Part shown: in pieces, positions 46,558 to 56,314 of the stretch | Layout of the letters: every line of letters starts with the position of its first letter | Position numbering within the stretch: the first letter of the stretch is position 1 | IMG/VR virus record: IMGVR_UViG_3300020046_001945 | Reading direction: 5' to 3' (one strand) | Source: an uncultured virus (IMG/VR IMGVR_UViG_3300020046_001945) | Taxonomy: Duplodnaviria > Heunggongvirae > Uroviricota > Caudoviricetes | Length of the DNA: 64,000 nt | The notes under the pieces: model-generated | What the model saw: only the letters and a program-made list of their open reading frames with translations | What the model was told of the DNA's origin: nothing | Databases searched by the model: none | Made by a program: the position numbers and the translations under genes

Positions 46558-49158
46558 TTACCGATAATAAACATATTGAGAAAGTTCCGGAGCTTTTACA
46601 CGAACAATCTCATTTTTTATAGTGTAATTAACAGCATTTGTATAAGAATCAAGCATTCCATTCTGGATGTCTGTTATAAATGAATTTCTGAATATCTCAA
46701 CAACATCCGCGAATTTTGTATTTATAAAATCCGAAACTTCCAATGGGTCTGCGTTGTAAATTGGAGACAAATCTTTTCCAAAAATAGAATCAACATCAAC
46801 AATACTCTTTATTTTGGAGAGTTGTTTCATTGAACATCCGGCACAATTATCATAGTTTGAAATATATCCTTCAAGATAATCCATGACAAGATTTGAATTA
46901 TTTCCTGTAGCAATTTTCTTCATCTTATCATAAACAGGCTTCATCATTCCGAGATAAAAGTTTCTCTCAGATGGAACGAAATTACGAACCAAATCAACAT
47001 CAGAATCACCATCAACAGCTATCCTACAGAATTTCTTATTCCAAACATTTTCAGAAGGCCAAACAATTTCTGTAGAAACTAATCTCAAACTTCCATTCTC
47101 TTTTGGGTCAAGCTTAAACGTAGCTGTTTCTAATTGAGGAAGAAGTAAAACAATTGCCTGTTTTGTATTTTCTGAATATGCTGACAAATAAGATGAAAGT
47201 GATGACGTATAAATGTCCTGACTGGAAATGTAATATGGAGATGAAATACTTCGGTCGTTAGATACTTCCCTATATATCTTACCTACCGGGTCAGCATCAT
47301 ATGAACCCATATCATCAAAAGTAGCACTTGAACTAATGTTATGTGTTGCGGCATCTTGATAAAATTCATCATTTGATACTAATTTAATATCGGCGTGATG
47401 AACTTCTGGGAAACTCTCAATCAATTCAATCAAATTCGAAACATACACAGGAATATCAAAATCGGCATTTTCATCAAGATAAGCATATACTGCGTTTTTT
47501 ATTTTTGTATCTGTCTTGACTCTATCAGCAAGAGCATTCAAATAAATATATCCGCCAATCTTCAAATCTTTTATGATTGGAGCAATATATACGTTTTTTG
47601 TTGTTACTTGAGAACGAGATTTGAGTTTAGAATATACCAGCCCAACATCTTCAAGAGTAACATTGCTTTCGTAATTTTCATCTCTAAGAGGAGTAACTGA
47701 ATCTCCTGCTACAAGCAAATCAAACCAATTATTATCGGCTAATAATTTGTAAAAGTCTTCATCCCCAGCTAACGAATCATATTGTTCAACACCATTACTA
47801 TTTGATTTATGATACATGCTACCAAGAATGCTAAACAAAACAACGTTGAACATTTTTATATTTGGTATAATCTTATCAGCGGTCTCTTCTTGTTCACCCC
47901 AAGCAATAGCGTTTTTAACATTGATAGGTGATGTAAGTGTTTTCAAAAAGTTAACATAGTCTTTAGAAGATACACAACGGTCAAGTGAATAAAAAATGCC
48001 AGGAGCATTAACTTTCATCGAATCTATTGTTTCTATGTCAGAACCACCTGTTATGTTTTTGCGAAGATAAAACTCAACTTCTGAAGAATTAAATGAACCA
48101 AATGAAGTTGCTTGCGAATATATTAACTTTCCAGCGACTCCAATTTGGTTAGCAGCCGCCCCTTTTGTTGAGAGATATTTAACGTAAAGATATTGGTTAT
48201 TTGAATTAGGACCAATCTTACCAATATTATCATCTGCAAATAACACTTCAACCGAATCATCCATGGTTGTTCTTACTACACAATACTTAGAACTCGACCC
48301 CGAATTTCTTGCTGATAGTCCATCGTAGGTAGCATCGTTTAAGAAAGAACGACGGTCAATATAAAATTCACCAGAGTTATTGAAATCTACTTGACTTGAA
48401 GAGTTAGCAAACGCAGTTACAACTGAATTAGAAACCCCAACTCTTGTGAAATTTGAAGTTACATCAATATTTCCAGTAGATACATCATAACCATAATCTT
48501 CTGAACCAAATAGATTTGAAAATGTTTTGTCTGAAATTTTATATGTCTGATACCGAGTATTTAATTGGTCATTATCTGACGGAGCTAATTCATATGTTAT
48601 TAAATCGCCTTGAATAAGATATATTGGATTCTTGTCTTCGTCTGATAATTGTTCCGTTGGCTTTAATACACCAATATTATTCTTATCTGAAAATTCAAGA
48701 AGAATGTAGTAATTTGGATTTGTTGAGAAATTATTAATATCTGTTTGAGATAGTGTATATGTTACAGAATTCTTTAAGATGAAGTTCAATCCATTGAAAG
48801 AAAAAACGGTTCCTCTTGGGATTGTTAATACTGGAGACGCACCAACACCCTTAGTCTTTATCTTAATTTGAATTGATGTGGTTGCAGGTATTGGTCGTTG
48901 AATAATATAACCAAGCATCTTAGAGAGCATAATAACCGAACTGCGAAGTTTAGCAGAATCTAAAAAGGATTCCTCAGCACGGCGACCAATGTAATAATTT
49001 GTGAAGTCGGTAGTTGCTGCGAATATTTCAACCAAGACAGAATATAATTGAGATTCTGTAAAATTAGAAAAACGAGGGTCTTGAGACATCCGAGAAACAA
49101 TATCCTGTTTCAATTCACCATAAGACAGATTTGCGTAGTTAAGAAAATTTGATTCCAA
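46558..49158 (-). CDS. baseplate wedge subunit (T4 gp6-like)
   Basis: ESFLDSAKLRSSV...LGY, GGSDIETIDSMK.NAP, R.V...DY, AWGE. Confidence 0.88.
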   Translation of the reverse strand: MESNFLNYANLSYGELKQDIVSRMSQDPRFSNFTESQLYSVLVEIFAATTDFTNYYIGRRAEESFLDSAKLRSSVIMLSKMLGYIIQRPIPATTSIQIKIKTKGVGASPVLTIPRGTVFSFNGLNFILKNSVTYTLSQTDINNFSTNPNYYILLEFSDKNNIGVLKPTEQLSDEDKNPIYLIQGDLITYELAPSDNDQLNTRYQTYKISDKTFSNLFGSEDYGYDVSTGNIDVTSNFTRVGVSNSVVTAFANSSSQVDFNNSGEFYIDRRSFLNDATYDGLSARNSGSSSKYCVVRTTMDDSVEVLFADDNIGKIGPNSNNQYLYVKYLSTKGAAANQIGVAGKLIYSQATSFGSFNSSEVEFYLRKNITGGSDIETIDSMKVNAPGIFYSLDRCVSSKDYVNFLKTLTSPINVKNAIAWGEQEETADKIIPNIKMFNVVLFSILGSMYHKSNSNGVEQYDSLAGDEDFYKLLADNNWFDLLVAGDSVTPLRDENYESNVTLEDVGLVYSKLKSRSQVTTKNVYIAPIIKDLKIGGYIYLNALADRVKTDTKIKNAVYAYLDENADFDIPVYVSNLIELIESFPEVHHADIKLVSNDEFYQDAATHNISSSATFDDMGSYDADPVGKIYREVSNDRSISSPYYISSQDIYTSSLSSYLSAYSENTKQAIVLLLPQLETATFKLDPKENGSLRLVSTEIVWPSENVWNKKFCRIAVDGDSDVDLVRNFVPSERNFYLGMMKPVYDKMKKIATGNNSNLVMDYLEGYISNYDNCAGCSMKQLSKIKSIVDVDSIFGKDLSPIYNADPLEVSDFINTKFADVVEIFRNSFITDIQNGMLDSYTNAVNYTIKNEIVRVKAPELSQYVYYR

Positions 49159-49160
49159 TG

Positions 49161-50378
49161 TTAAGCCCTCTTGGAACTATTTATTAGCTGTGTTAATATG
49201 CTTATATTATTTATTTGTCTTTCTGTATATGGTTCTTCAAAATACTCAATTTTATCATTAACCAAGTAAAATTTGGAAAATGTTAAGAAATCAAAAAGTT
49301 TATTGATAACCTGAGAATCATCTTGTTTTTTTGGGTTATTTTCTGTTGCGTCTACAATCACTCGGTTTCTTGAAAGGATATATTTTGAAAATAAAATATT
49401 GTCTATATGGTTAATAGGAAATTTTATTTTTTTAAGTATGTTATCTATTTCCAACTCACCTTTTTGAATTCTCTTTAGATTGTTTGCTTCTTGTTGAAAA
49501 AATCCTAAAGGAACACTGATATTCCTATTCTTTTCAAATATCGTACAATCTCCAGATATATCTCCAACAATTATTAAATGCTTAAGTGTATTAGATAATC
49601 TCTTTAATATTTGCTTCTTTATTTCTAACCCGGTTCGGTTTGATTCTTCGTGCCAGATATGCTTAACATAACAATCCTTAGATGTTAATAAAATATTATT
49701 TCCGGTTCTGAACAAACAATCGGATATAAAATTATCTTCGCCACCCCAACTACCATCAAATTCCGGATTGAATACCCTGTTTGAATTTGATATTAGTGAA
49801 TTTATTCGTTTACACAACTCTATTGCTGATTTATTAAATGCTAAATTACAGGAATAAGTAAAAATAGAATCTAATGTAACTCTATTAGAAACTAACAGCC
49901 GAGCATTTCTATCTGTAAACGAATATTGATTCCCCCACGAATTGTCTATTCTTTCATCCTCCGATTCAACGCTTGTTTGGTCTACCATTATTCTTCTACC
50001 ACACGAAACTGCTGGAACGGTTGACTGAGACAAACAATCAATATGTAGTTGAACTAAATTTTCAGAAGGAACACAATCCCCATCTGTAAATATTATGTTT
50101 TTGTATTCTGGAAAGTTTTTGCCAACATAATCAATACCAAAATCTCTCGTCATACCAGCCGAAAAATTAGTTCCTTCTGTTTTAATCAAGCATTTTATAT
50201 TTAATTTCGTTCTCTGTTTCAAAAACTCTTGACGAGAAGTATCTGAACATCTATCAAAAACAAACAAAATTAAATCAGGAATGATTGTTTGCTTTTCATA
50301 TCCTTTTATTATTTTAGATATATTATCCGCTTGGTTGTGCGACGGAACAATTACAATATTCAAAGAACAACCTTTCAA
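49161..50378 (-). CDS. GT2-family glycosyltransferase
   Basis: IVPSHNQ, DRCSD, IFTDGDCVP, SCNLA, F.G.WGGED, HIWH. Confidence 0.85.
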   Translation of the reverse strand: MKGCSLNIVIVPSHNQADNISKIIKGYEKQTIIPDLILFVFDRCSDTSRQEFLKQRTKLNIKCLIKTEGTNFSAGMTRDFGIDYVGKNFPEYKNIIFTDGDCVPSENLVQLHIDCLSQSTVPAVSCGRRIMVDQTSVESEDERIDNSWGNQYSFTDRNARLLVSNRVTLDSIFTYSCNLAFNKSAIELCKRINSLISNSNRVFNPEFDGSWGGEDNFISDCLFRTGNNILLTSKDCYVKHIWHEESNRTGLEIKKQILKRLSNTLKHLIIVGDISGDCTIFEKNRNISVPLGFFQQEANNLKRIQKGELEIDNILKKIKFPINHIDNILFSKYILSRNRVIVDATENNPKKQDDSQVINKLFDFLTFSKFYLVNDKIEYFEEPYTERQINNISILTQLINSSKRA

Positions 50379-50755
50379 ATAGAGAGTTTTTTAGTGTATT
50401 GTGCGTATGCTCTTGATTTGTTTATTATAAATGGGATTGATAACGACATTGAATTTTCTCTGGAATTTATAAACAACTTACAATCTTTAGCAATAACTGT
50501 AACTCTTGGTTCGTATTTATTTATTGACCCAATTAAAGAATCCAAAAGACGTTCACCACTTTGAGTTGTTATGTTCCGAAAAACAGTTGCCATTAAAACC
50601 GAACCAAACTCCGGCTCAAATACACGCTCTCCTGGAACCGTTAAGATGATATTTTCAATAGATTGTAGAATTGCTTTAGAGTCATAAACATCTGAAACTG
50701 TCAGAGACTCTTTTGCCAAATCAATAGCATAATTATCAACAAAAAATCTGCTCAT
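50375..50755 (-). CDS. baseplate wedge / sheath initiator (T4 gp25-like)
   Basis: AI.QSIENIILT.PGER.F.PEFGS...YEPRV. Confidence 0.92.
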   Translation of the reverse strand: MSRFFVDNYAIDLAKESLTVSDVYDSKAILQSIENIILTVPGERVFEPEFGSVLMATVFRNITTQSGERLLDSLIGSINKYEPRVTVIAKDCKLFINSRENSMSLSIPFIINKSRAYAQYTKKLSI

Positions 50756-51777
50756 TAGGCAATTCCCTCATCAGTTAAGTAACGAACATTTACAGGTCTG
50801 TTTATCAGTATAGATGTAGTTGATGTGACATTTGTAGTATCAGAAGTCTTAACACCTTCCAATTCAGAATTCTTATTCTCTTTCTTTATTTCCGCTTTAA
50901 CAGCATCAAAATTATCTTTGGAATTCTGAGCATCTTCAGATATTTGTGCGAATATTGCTTTAGTGTCTTCTAATGAATCGGAAAAAGCTTTTGTTATTTT
51001 TTCTCTTGACACCTTCCAAGTCGCAGCTAAAGAAGTTAACGACTTCGGTTGTTGTCGTTCACAATCCATCTTATCACCAAAATCATCCAAGAAGTTCTTT
51101 GTAGAAACCGCGAAGTCGCAAGTAGCAAACGCGCAATCCATAAATGGTTCTACATCATCGTTTATTATTTGAAGAATATATGACATCAGTGCTTCATACT
51201 CTGCGATTTTTCTTTTTATTAAACGACCAATATAATGATTGTCTAACCAAAAATCTAAATCCAAATACTTTTCAAACTGTTGAAGATAGGCAAGTAATGA
51301 ATTTATCATATTATCAATGTAATTATTAAGGAGAGTTGTTACACTTAACCTACAAGCAATGTATTCAAACAATTCAAAATTGCTATTGATTGATACTCCA
51401 TAAATTCCAAACGATTCTAATGTCTCTTTTTTAACTGGATTTGGGCCAAATATTTCGTCAGCCAAGCCTTTAGGAATAACCCCAAACTCTATTAATTTAT
51501 TGACAGCAGGCATACAAGAATACAAAAGCGAACAAAATGATTTTCTTGCTTTTGAACTATCAATTTTTCTAAGGTCAAGATAAGACTTAATTAGGTCTGC
51601 TATCTCCTTAGCATATTTTACCAAAACATCATTTACAATATTCTTTAACTTCTGAACTAATTGTTTTAGTTGAGTTAGAACTTTTCTCGGAATATCTTTC
51701 AAATTATTCAATAGAGTAATAAGAGAAAACCAAGTATCCCTAAGAATATCACATACATTTTTTTCAGCATTACTCAT
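50755..51777 (-). CDS. hypothetical helical baseplate-region protein
   Basis: 340 aa ORF; TAAATA 5 nt upstream. Confidence 0.6.
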   Translation of the reverse strand: MSNAEKNVCDILRDTWFSLITLLNNLKDIPRKVLTQLKQLVQKLKNIVNDVLVKYAKEIADLIKSYLDLRKIDSSKARKSFCSLLYSCMPAVNKLIEFGVIPKGLADEIFGPNPVKKETLESFGIYGVSINSNFELFEYIACRLSVTTLLNNYIDNMINSLLAYLQQFEKYLDLDFWLDNHYIGRLIKRKIAEYEALMSYILQIINDDVEPFMDCAFATCDFAVSTKNFLDDFGDKMDCERQQPKSLTSLAATWKVSREKITKAFSDSLEDTKAIFAQISEDAQNSKDNFDAVKAEIKKENKNSELEGVKTSDTTNVTSTTSILINRPVNVRYLTDEGIA

Positions 51778-51785
51778 AACATTAT

Positions 51786-52289
51786 TTAGAGTTTATGCTT
51801 AGTTAAGTCATCTTTAATAATTTGAGCATTTGTCATACTTGCCAACGTAGACGAATATGCTGGTTCAACTAACAATGAAGATAGTGTTGTTCGTATAAGT
51901 GCTAATTCGTTCGCTAAAGAAATAATAGCCGAGTGGACATTGTTCGCGTTGCTAAGATTTGGATTCTCTGATGTGTTTTCAAAACTAATATTAACAGCGG
52001 AATCTACAGAACCATTCAACCCATCTCTTAAACCAACTAAAATTGATTTGGTTATAGAATCAACAATAACTTCTAAAGGAACAGCTGCTGATAATGTTCC
52101 AAATCCATTCTTGTATTGAAGTATGTGTCCCTCATTACGCTTGTTCACAGCTTCACCATTAACTAATTGTTCTGAATAAATTCCGGAATCAATTAAATTC
52201 TCAATACAATCCGAATAAACTGGATTGATTGGAGGAGTTTTCTTAAAATCATAAAATCTACCAACAACATATTCACCATTTATAGACAT
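51786..52289 (-). CDS. hypothetical protein
   Basis: 167 aa ORF downstream of gp5. Confidence 0.6.
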   Translation of the reverse strand: MSINGEYVVGRFYDFKKTPPINPVYSDCIENLIDSGIYSEQLVNGEAVNKRNEGHILQYKNGFGTLSAAVPLEVIVDSITKSILVGLRDGLNGSVDSAVNISFENTSENPNLSNANNVHSAIISLANELALIRTTLSSLLVEPAYSSTLASMTNAQIIKDDLTKHKL

Positions 52290-53749
52290 TACTCTTCCTC
52301 CACATTATTAAATCCACCAGAAGGACCAATCAAATCAAAATATGTTGTTTTATTTGTTGGGTCAAGTAATGCTCTAACTTCCGCACCAGGAATCTTAGAT
52401 GTGTGTATAAATGATTTTCCTTGAGGTGTTGTTGGGTCAATGTTAGTTCCAAATACAGGTTTCTTAATATTAGAACCATACAGATTATCCAAGTCTTCAA
52501 TTAAAGCATCATATTTCGCATTGATGGCTTTGGTAGAATCAGAAATCTCTTGAGCCATTTTCTTTTGTGTAAATGCCACTGCTGCTGGCCCAGAAACAGC
52601 TAACTTAGTCTGTTCAGTTATAGAATTGTATTTCTTTGTAATTTCTATTGTTGAATCGGAAATCTCTTTAGCTTGTTGAGTTTTTAGGATAGCTGCCTGA
52701 CGAATCAATTCCGCTTGTTTTGTTGGGTCTACTGTTTTTATAGCAGTCGGTCCAGAAACGTGTCTACCTTGATGTAAAGCTCCTGTAAGTGGATCAAACA
52801 TTAACGCATTGAATGGACCACCAAGAGCAGAAGGCTGAACTGACAAAATTGGAGTTCCTAAGTCACTACCAACATTCATTTCAAATTTTGAAGATTTTTC
52901 CGTAGAATCGGAATCCGGAAGACCATCAACTGATAATATATCTGTTGGTCCTGTAGCAATATCAAAGGTTATGTTATTTGAAAGAATCTCACAACTCAAT
53001 GCTTCAATTGAACACTTTTCTTTTGCTTGGATTTTTGTTTCGCCACCAGCAACAATATCACAATTGCCATTTACAGCAATTTCAGCATTCTTCAAACTCT
53101 TTATTTTAGTCGACCCGTTATTAACAATATTCATATCTCCAAAACCGGATAGATTGAAATTGTTTGTAAAGATGTTTATATTCCCAAATGGATTTGTTAT
53201 GTTGAAGTTTCCTCTAAGATTTAATGTCATATCACCAACATCCGTAGAATCGTTGGATATTTCAATAATCCCACTTTCAAATACTTTTACAAATACTCCA
53301 TTGTGTGTCTTTAATGTATATTCTCCTTTAGTTCTATTAAACTTGGAAAAATCGCCTTTTTCAGTTTCCCAAAAAATCATTGAGTTGGGATAATCTTCAT
53401 TTTTATCTGCTTCAAATTTTTGGTTTGGGATATCTAATGTTTTTGAAAAATATCTTGGTTGATAAATGTCATTATCGTCGTAATAAACATTAACAACCGA
53501 ACCCAATTCAGGAACTATGAACGAACCCTTGGTTCCTACAAATGAAAAATCTGGCAATGACCAAGGAAGCATCTCAGTTTCAATATCATCATACAAACCC
53601 ATCACACGAATTTTACAACGACCAATTCTCTCAGGGTCATTATTATCTTCAACAACTCCATTATATCTTTGGTCATATTTAACACGCAAATCCATATCAA
53701 CAAACGACCGAAGTTTTTTAATTAACGAATCCGATAAATTCTCTTTCAC
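52289..53749 (-). CDS. baseplate spike (T4 gp5-like OB fold plus beta-helix, no lysozyme)
   Basis: GVVEDNNDPERIGRCKIRV.G...LPW...VP..GS.V.V. Confidence 0.85.
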   Translation of the reverse strand: MKENLSDSLIKKLRSFVDMDLRVKYDQRYNGVVEDNNDPERIGRCKIRVMGLYDDIETEMLPWSLPDFSFVGTKGSFIVPELGSVVNVYYDDNDIYQPRYFSKTLDIPNQKFEADKNEDYPNSMIFWETEKGDFSKFNRTKGEYTLKTHNGVFVKVFESGIIEISNDSTDVGDMTLNLRGNFNITNPFGNINIFTNNFNLSGFGDMNIVNNGSTKIKSLKNAEIAVNGNCDIVAGGETKIQAKEKCSIEALSCEILSNNITFDIATGPTDILSVDGLPDSDSTEKSSKFEMNVGSDLGTPILSVQPSALGGPFNALMFDPLTGALHQGRHVSGPTAIKTVDPTKQAELIRQAAILKTQQAKEISDSTIEITKKYNSITEQTKLAVSGPAAVAFTQKKMAQEISDSTKAINAKYDALIEDLDNLYGSNIKKPVFGTNIDPTTPQGKSFIHTSKIPGAEVRALLDPTNKTTYFDLIGPSGGFNNVEEE

Positions 53750-54996
53750 TTTTCAACTCCAATCAGTTTGGGCTTAACAATACCATCGTTTTTTATATTA
53801 AATCCATTTCTAAACAAAACCAAAACCATTGTGTAATATCCACCAACATGAATATTATGATAAATTCCACCCACCAAATATTCACCCGAATGGATATCAT
53901 CGATACCAACATTCCCTGTTTCTATATCTTTCTGCTTAACAAACGAAACATTTATCTTATCCATCAAATCAATTTTCATGTTTGGTGATATCGTTATAGT
54001 TGTGTAATATGAAAATATATTCTTTTTCAAATACAAATTCTGACTAAATGCTAAAAGATAATTGTCATGGACGTTGGAGTTCTGCATATTAAATGTAATG
54101 CTGTTATAATTTCCAGTTGTTGGTTTTTTGTTTATTGTATTTGACAATGGATGATAATTAAAATCAACAACAACGTCATTAAAATTAGTAGCATCAAAAT
54201 AAGTGTAATCAAACCGATATCCACCCGTTCTATTTTCAATCGGCATATTATCAACAAATGTATAATCGCTCTTGAAGAATAAAATCTTGTCTCTATCTTT
54301 TTCTGATATCAATGACGAAATAACTTTATCTTGAGTTCCAGCATCCATTGCTAACAAGTCGTTATTGATAGCTACAAATTTTTGTTTTTGGGAACATTTT
54401 GTTTTTAATGTAGTGTAATGAAATCTATTGTTCTTGTTACAATAGATAATCGGTATATCTTTTTCTTGATAAAATGAACGTTCAGTTATATTCTTAATAA
54501 ATGAAGAATCGTGAATACTTATTTGATACCATATTTGAGAATCATTTGATTTAACTTCTTCTACATATGTTAGTTGTTTGTTCTTTGATACAACTTCTCC
54601 AATAACTTCCGAAGATGTTCCACGATATGCTGTTTGTGATACTTCACCAAACATATAATCAGTTCTTTGGATAGCTACTAAACTGACGAAATACATTGAA
54701 TTGCCTGGAGTATTCTTTTTAACAGCTTTGTTGTTCAAAATATCAAATTCTATTTCTATCGGGTTCTCTTCTTTGTCTTTTGAAAGAATAACTTTAAGAA
54801 CGGAACCATCAACAATCGGATATTCTTCTACAAACAATCCATTATCAACAAATTCCAAATCCAACTCAACGGCAGTGTCGAAAATAAACTCTCGCATTGA
54901 AAGAGATTGTATTTGTTGTGCTCCAATTTCTATTCCATTTATGAAAGCGCGGCAATAATACTGAGCACCTTGAATGTTTGTATCTTGTTGGTTCAT
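53746..54996 (-). CDS. baseplate hub (gp27-like)
   Basis: lies between gp53 and gp5; SGEYLV..I.H motif. Confidence 0.65.
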   Translation of the reverse strand: MNQQDTNIQGAQYYCRAFINGIEIGAQQIQSLSMREFIFDTAVELDLEFVDNGLFVEEYPIVDGSVLKVILSKDKEENPIEIEFDILNNKAVKKNTPGNSMYFVSLVAIQRTDYMFGEVSQTAYRGTSSEVIGEVVSKNKQLTYVEEVKSNDSQIWYQISIHDSSFIKNITERSFYQEKDIPIIYCNKNNRFHYTTLKTKCSQKQKFVAINNDLLAMDAGTQDKVISSLISEKDRDKILFFKSDYTFVDNMPIENRTGGYRFDYTYFDATNFNDVVVDFNYHPLSNTINKKPTTGNYNSITFNMQNSNVHDNYLLAFSQNLYLKKNIFSYYTTITISPNMKIDLMDKINVSFVKQKDIETGNVGIDDIHSGEYLVGGIYHNIHVGGYYTMVLVLFRNGFNIKNDGIVKPKLIGVEK

Positions 54997-55352
54997 TTAT
55001 AATTCCGAGCAAAGCTAAAGAAATTATCAATATCTCGCTTGCTGGGAATATTTATGAATTCTGTAAGTTTAACTGCGTCTGGATATTTCTCTTCTTGCTC
55101 ATCATCAATAGCAACATCATTCCAAATATCCTCTATCTCCGGGTTACATTTTAATATAATCCACCAATAATCTGTAACGCCAAAGAACTTAAGAGAAATT
55201 AAATCTGGACGCATGTAATCATTGTATTGTATTCTATATTGTGTGAAGTCATCTCTAAATTTGAATTCATTAAACGCACTATTAACCAAATCTCTTTCCA
55301 TTAGCGAATTTCTTACTTCACTTTTGTAATAATTTGTTCTTGAATATTTCAT
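54993..55352 (-). CDS. baseplate wedge protein (T4 gp53-like, LysM-like)
   Basis: RPDLISLKFFG..DYWWIIL..N. Confidence 0.85.
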   Translation of the reverse strand: MKYSRTNYYKSEVRNSLMERDLVNSAFNEFKFRDDFTQYRIQYNDYMRPDLISLKFFGVTDYWWIILKCNPEIEDIWNDVAIDDEQEEKYPDAVKLTEFINIPSKRDIDNFFSFARNYK

Positions 55353-56314
55353 GGCGTTTTTGGTTCCACTCTTGGCGAACCTTTGATATTATTCCAAGCA
55401 TAACTCATTTGTTTACCAATACCAGCAATAGGGTTTGATTGTTCGTATTTATCTATTACAACTCTATCATAATTATTGTTTCTTGAAAATCCTGGTCCAA
55501 AAATCTGACTCTGGACTTCCGAAGAATTTGATACAGGAGTTCCGAATCCTAAAGCTAAGGATGAATATAAACTTTCCACCTGTAAATCAAAATCAACATA
55601 TGTTGGATATGTTCCGCCTTCAGAACGCGTGAATTCTTTCGAAAATGTAAAACTACAATTAGTAAGAACCATTTCGGTTTTTTTGAAATATGAGCCAATA
55701 CTTATTCTCAAATGTGGCGGCATTCTTGATGTCATATCATCTGTTATATTTTCTAAAACCGAGGCGGTGGCTGCTCCAACACTATAATCATTATTAACAA
55801 ACGCATACGCACCTTCACCAAGATACGTCCCAACCCGACCGATAGCTGCGCCTGCAACTTCTATAGCATTTGTATTCAACATGAAATTTTCGCGACTTAT
55901 TATAGGCAAACAACATTTGGTTAACAAATCACACTTAGAGATGATATCTGGTTCGTCATATGCCCGAAATTTCAAATTCAGTTGAACGTAAGATTTTCCA
56001 GGATTAAATATTCTCTTTGACCCATATCCTGAGAAGAATGACAAGTTTCTCTGGGTCGCATCCTTAAACATTTTTGCGAATATACCATCACTCGAGTCAG
56101 ACCACCCAAGAACATTCGAATACTCAGCTTGAACAGAATAACTAAATGCTTCTTTAGAAAACCCATCTATCGTTGTTAATGCAGGGCCGTCAAAACTATT
56201 TGGAGGCATTATGTCAATTACAATCTTATGTTCTTGGGCCGCACCCAATGATTCTGGAGCAATTACATCTTTGGTCCCATCTCCACCAATATTTCCATAT
56301 ATACTCCAACCCAT
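55349..56314 (-). CDS. tail tube initiator (gp48-like)
   Basis: PP.L.I.IG.YF....VLT...F.FS...G.YP...DF.L; position after the tape-measure genes. Confidence 0.55.
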   Translation of the reverse strand: MGWSIYGNIGGDGTKDVIAPESLGAAQEHKIVIDIMPPNSFDGPALTTIDGFSKEAFSYSVQAEYSNVLGWSDSSDGIFAKMFKDATQRNLSFFSGYGSKRIFNPGKSYVQLNLKFRAYDEPDIISKCDLLTKCCLPIISRENFMLNTNAIEVAGAAIGRVGTYLGEGAYAFVNNDYSVGAATASVLENITDDMTSRMPPHLRISIGSYFKKTEMVLTNCSFTFSKEFTRSEGGTYPTYVDFDLQVESLYSSLALGFGTPVSNSSEVQSQIFGPGFSRNNNYDRVVIDKYEQSNPIAGIGKQMSYAWNNIKGSPRVEPKTP

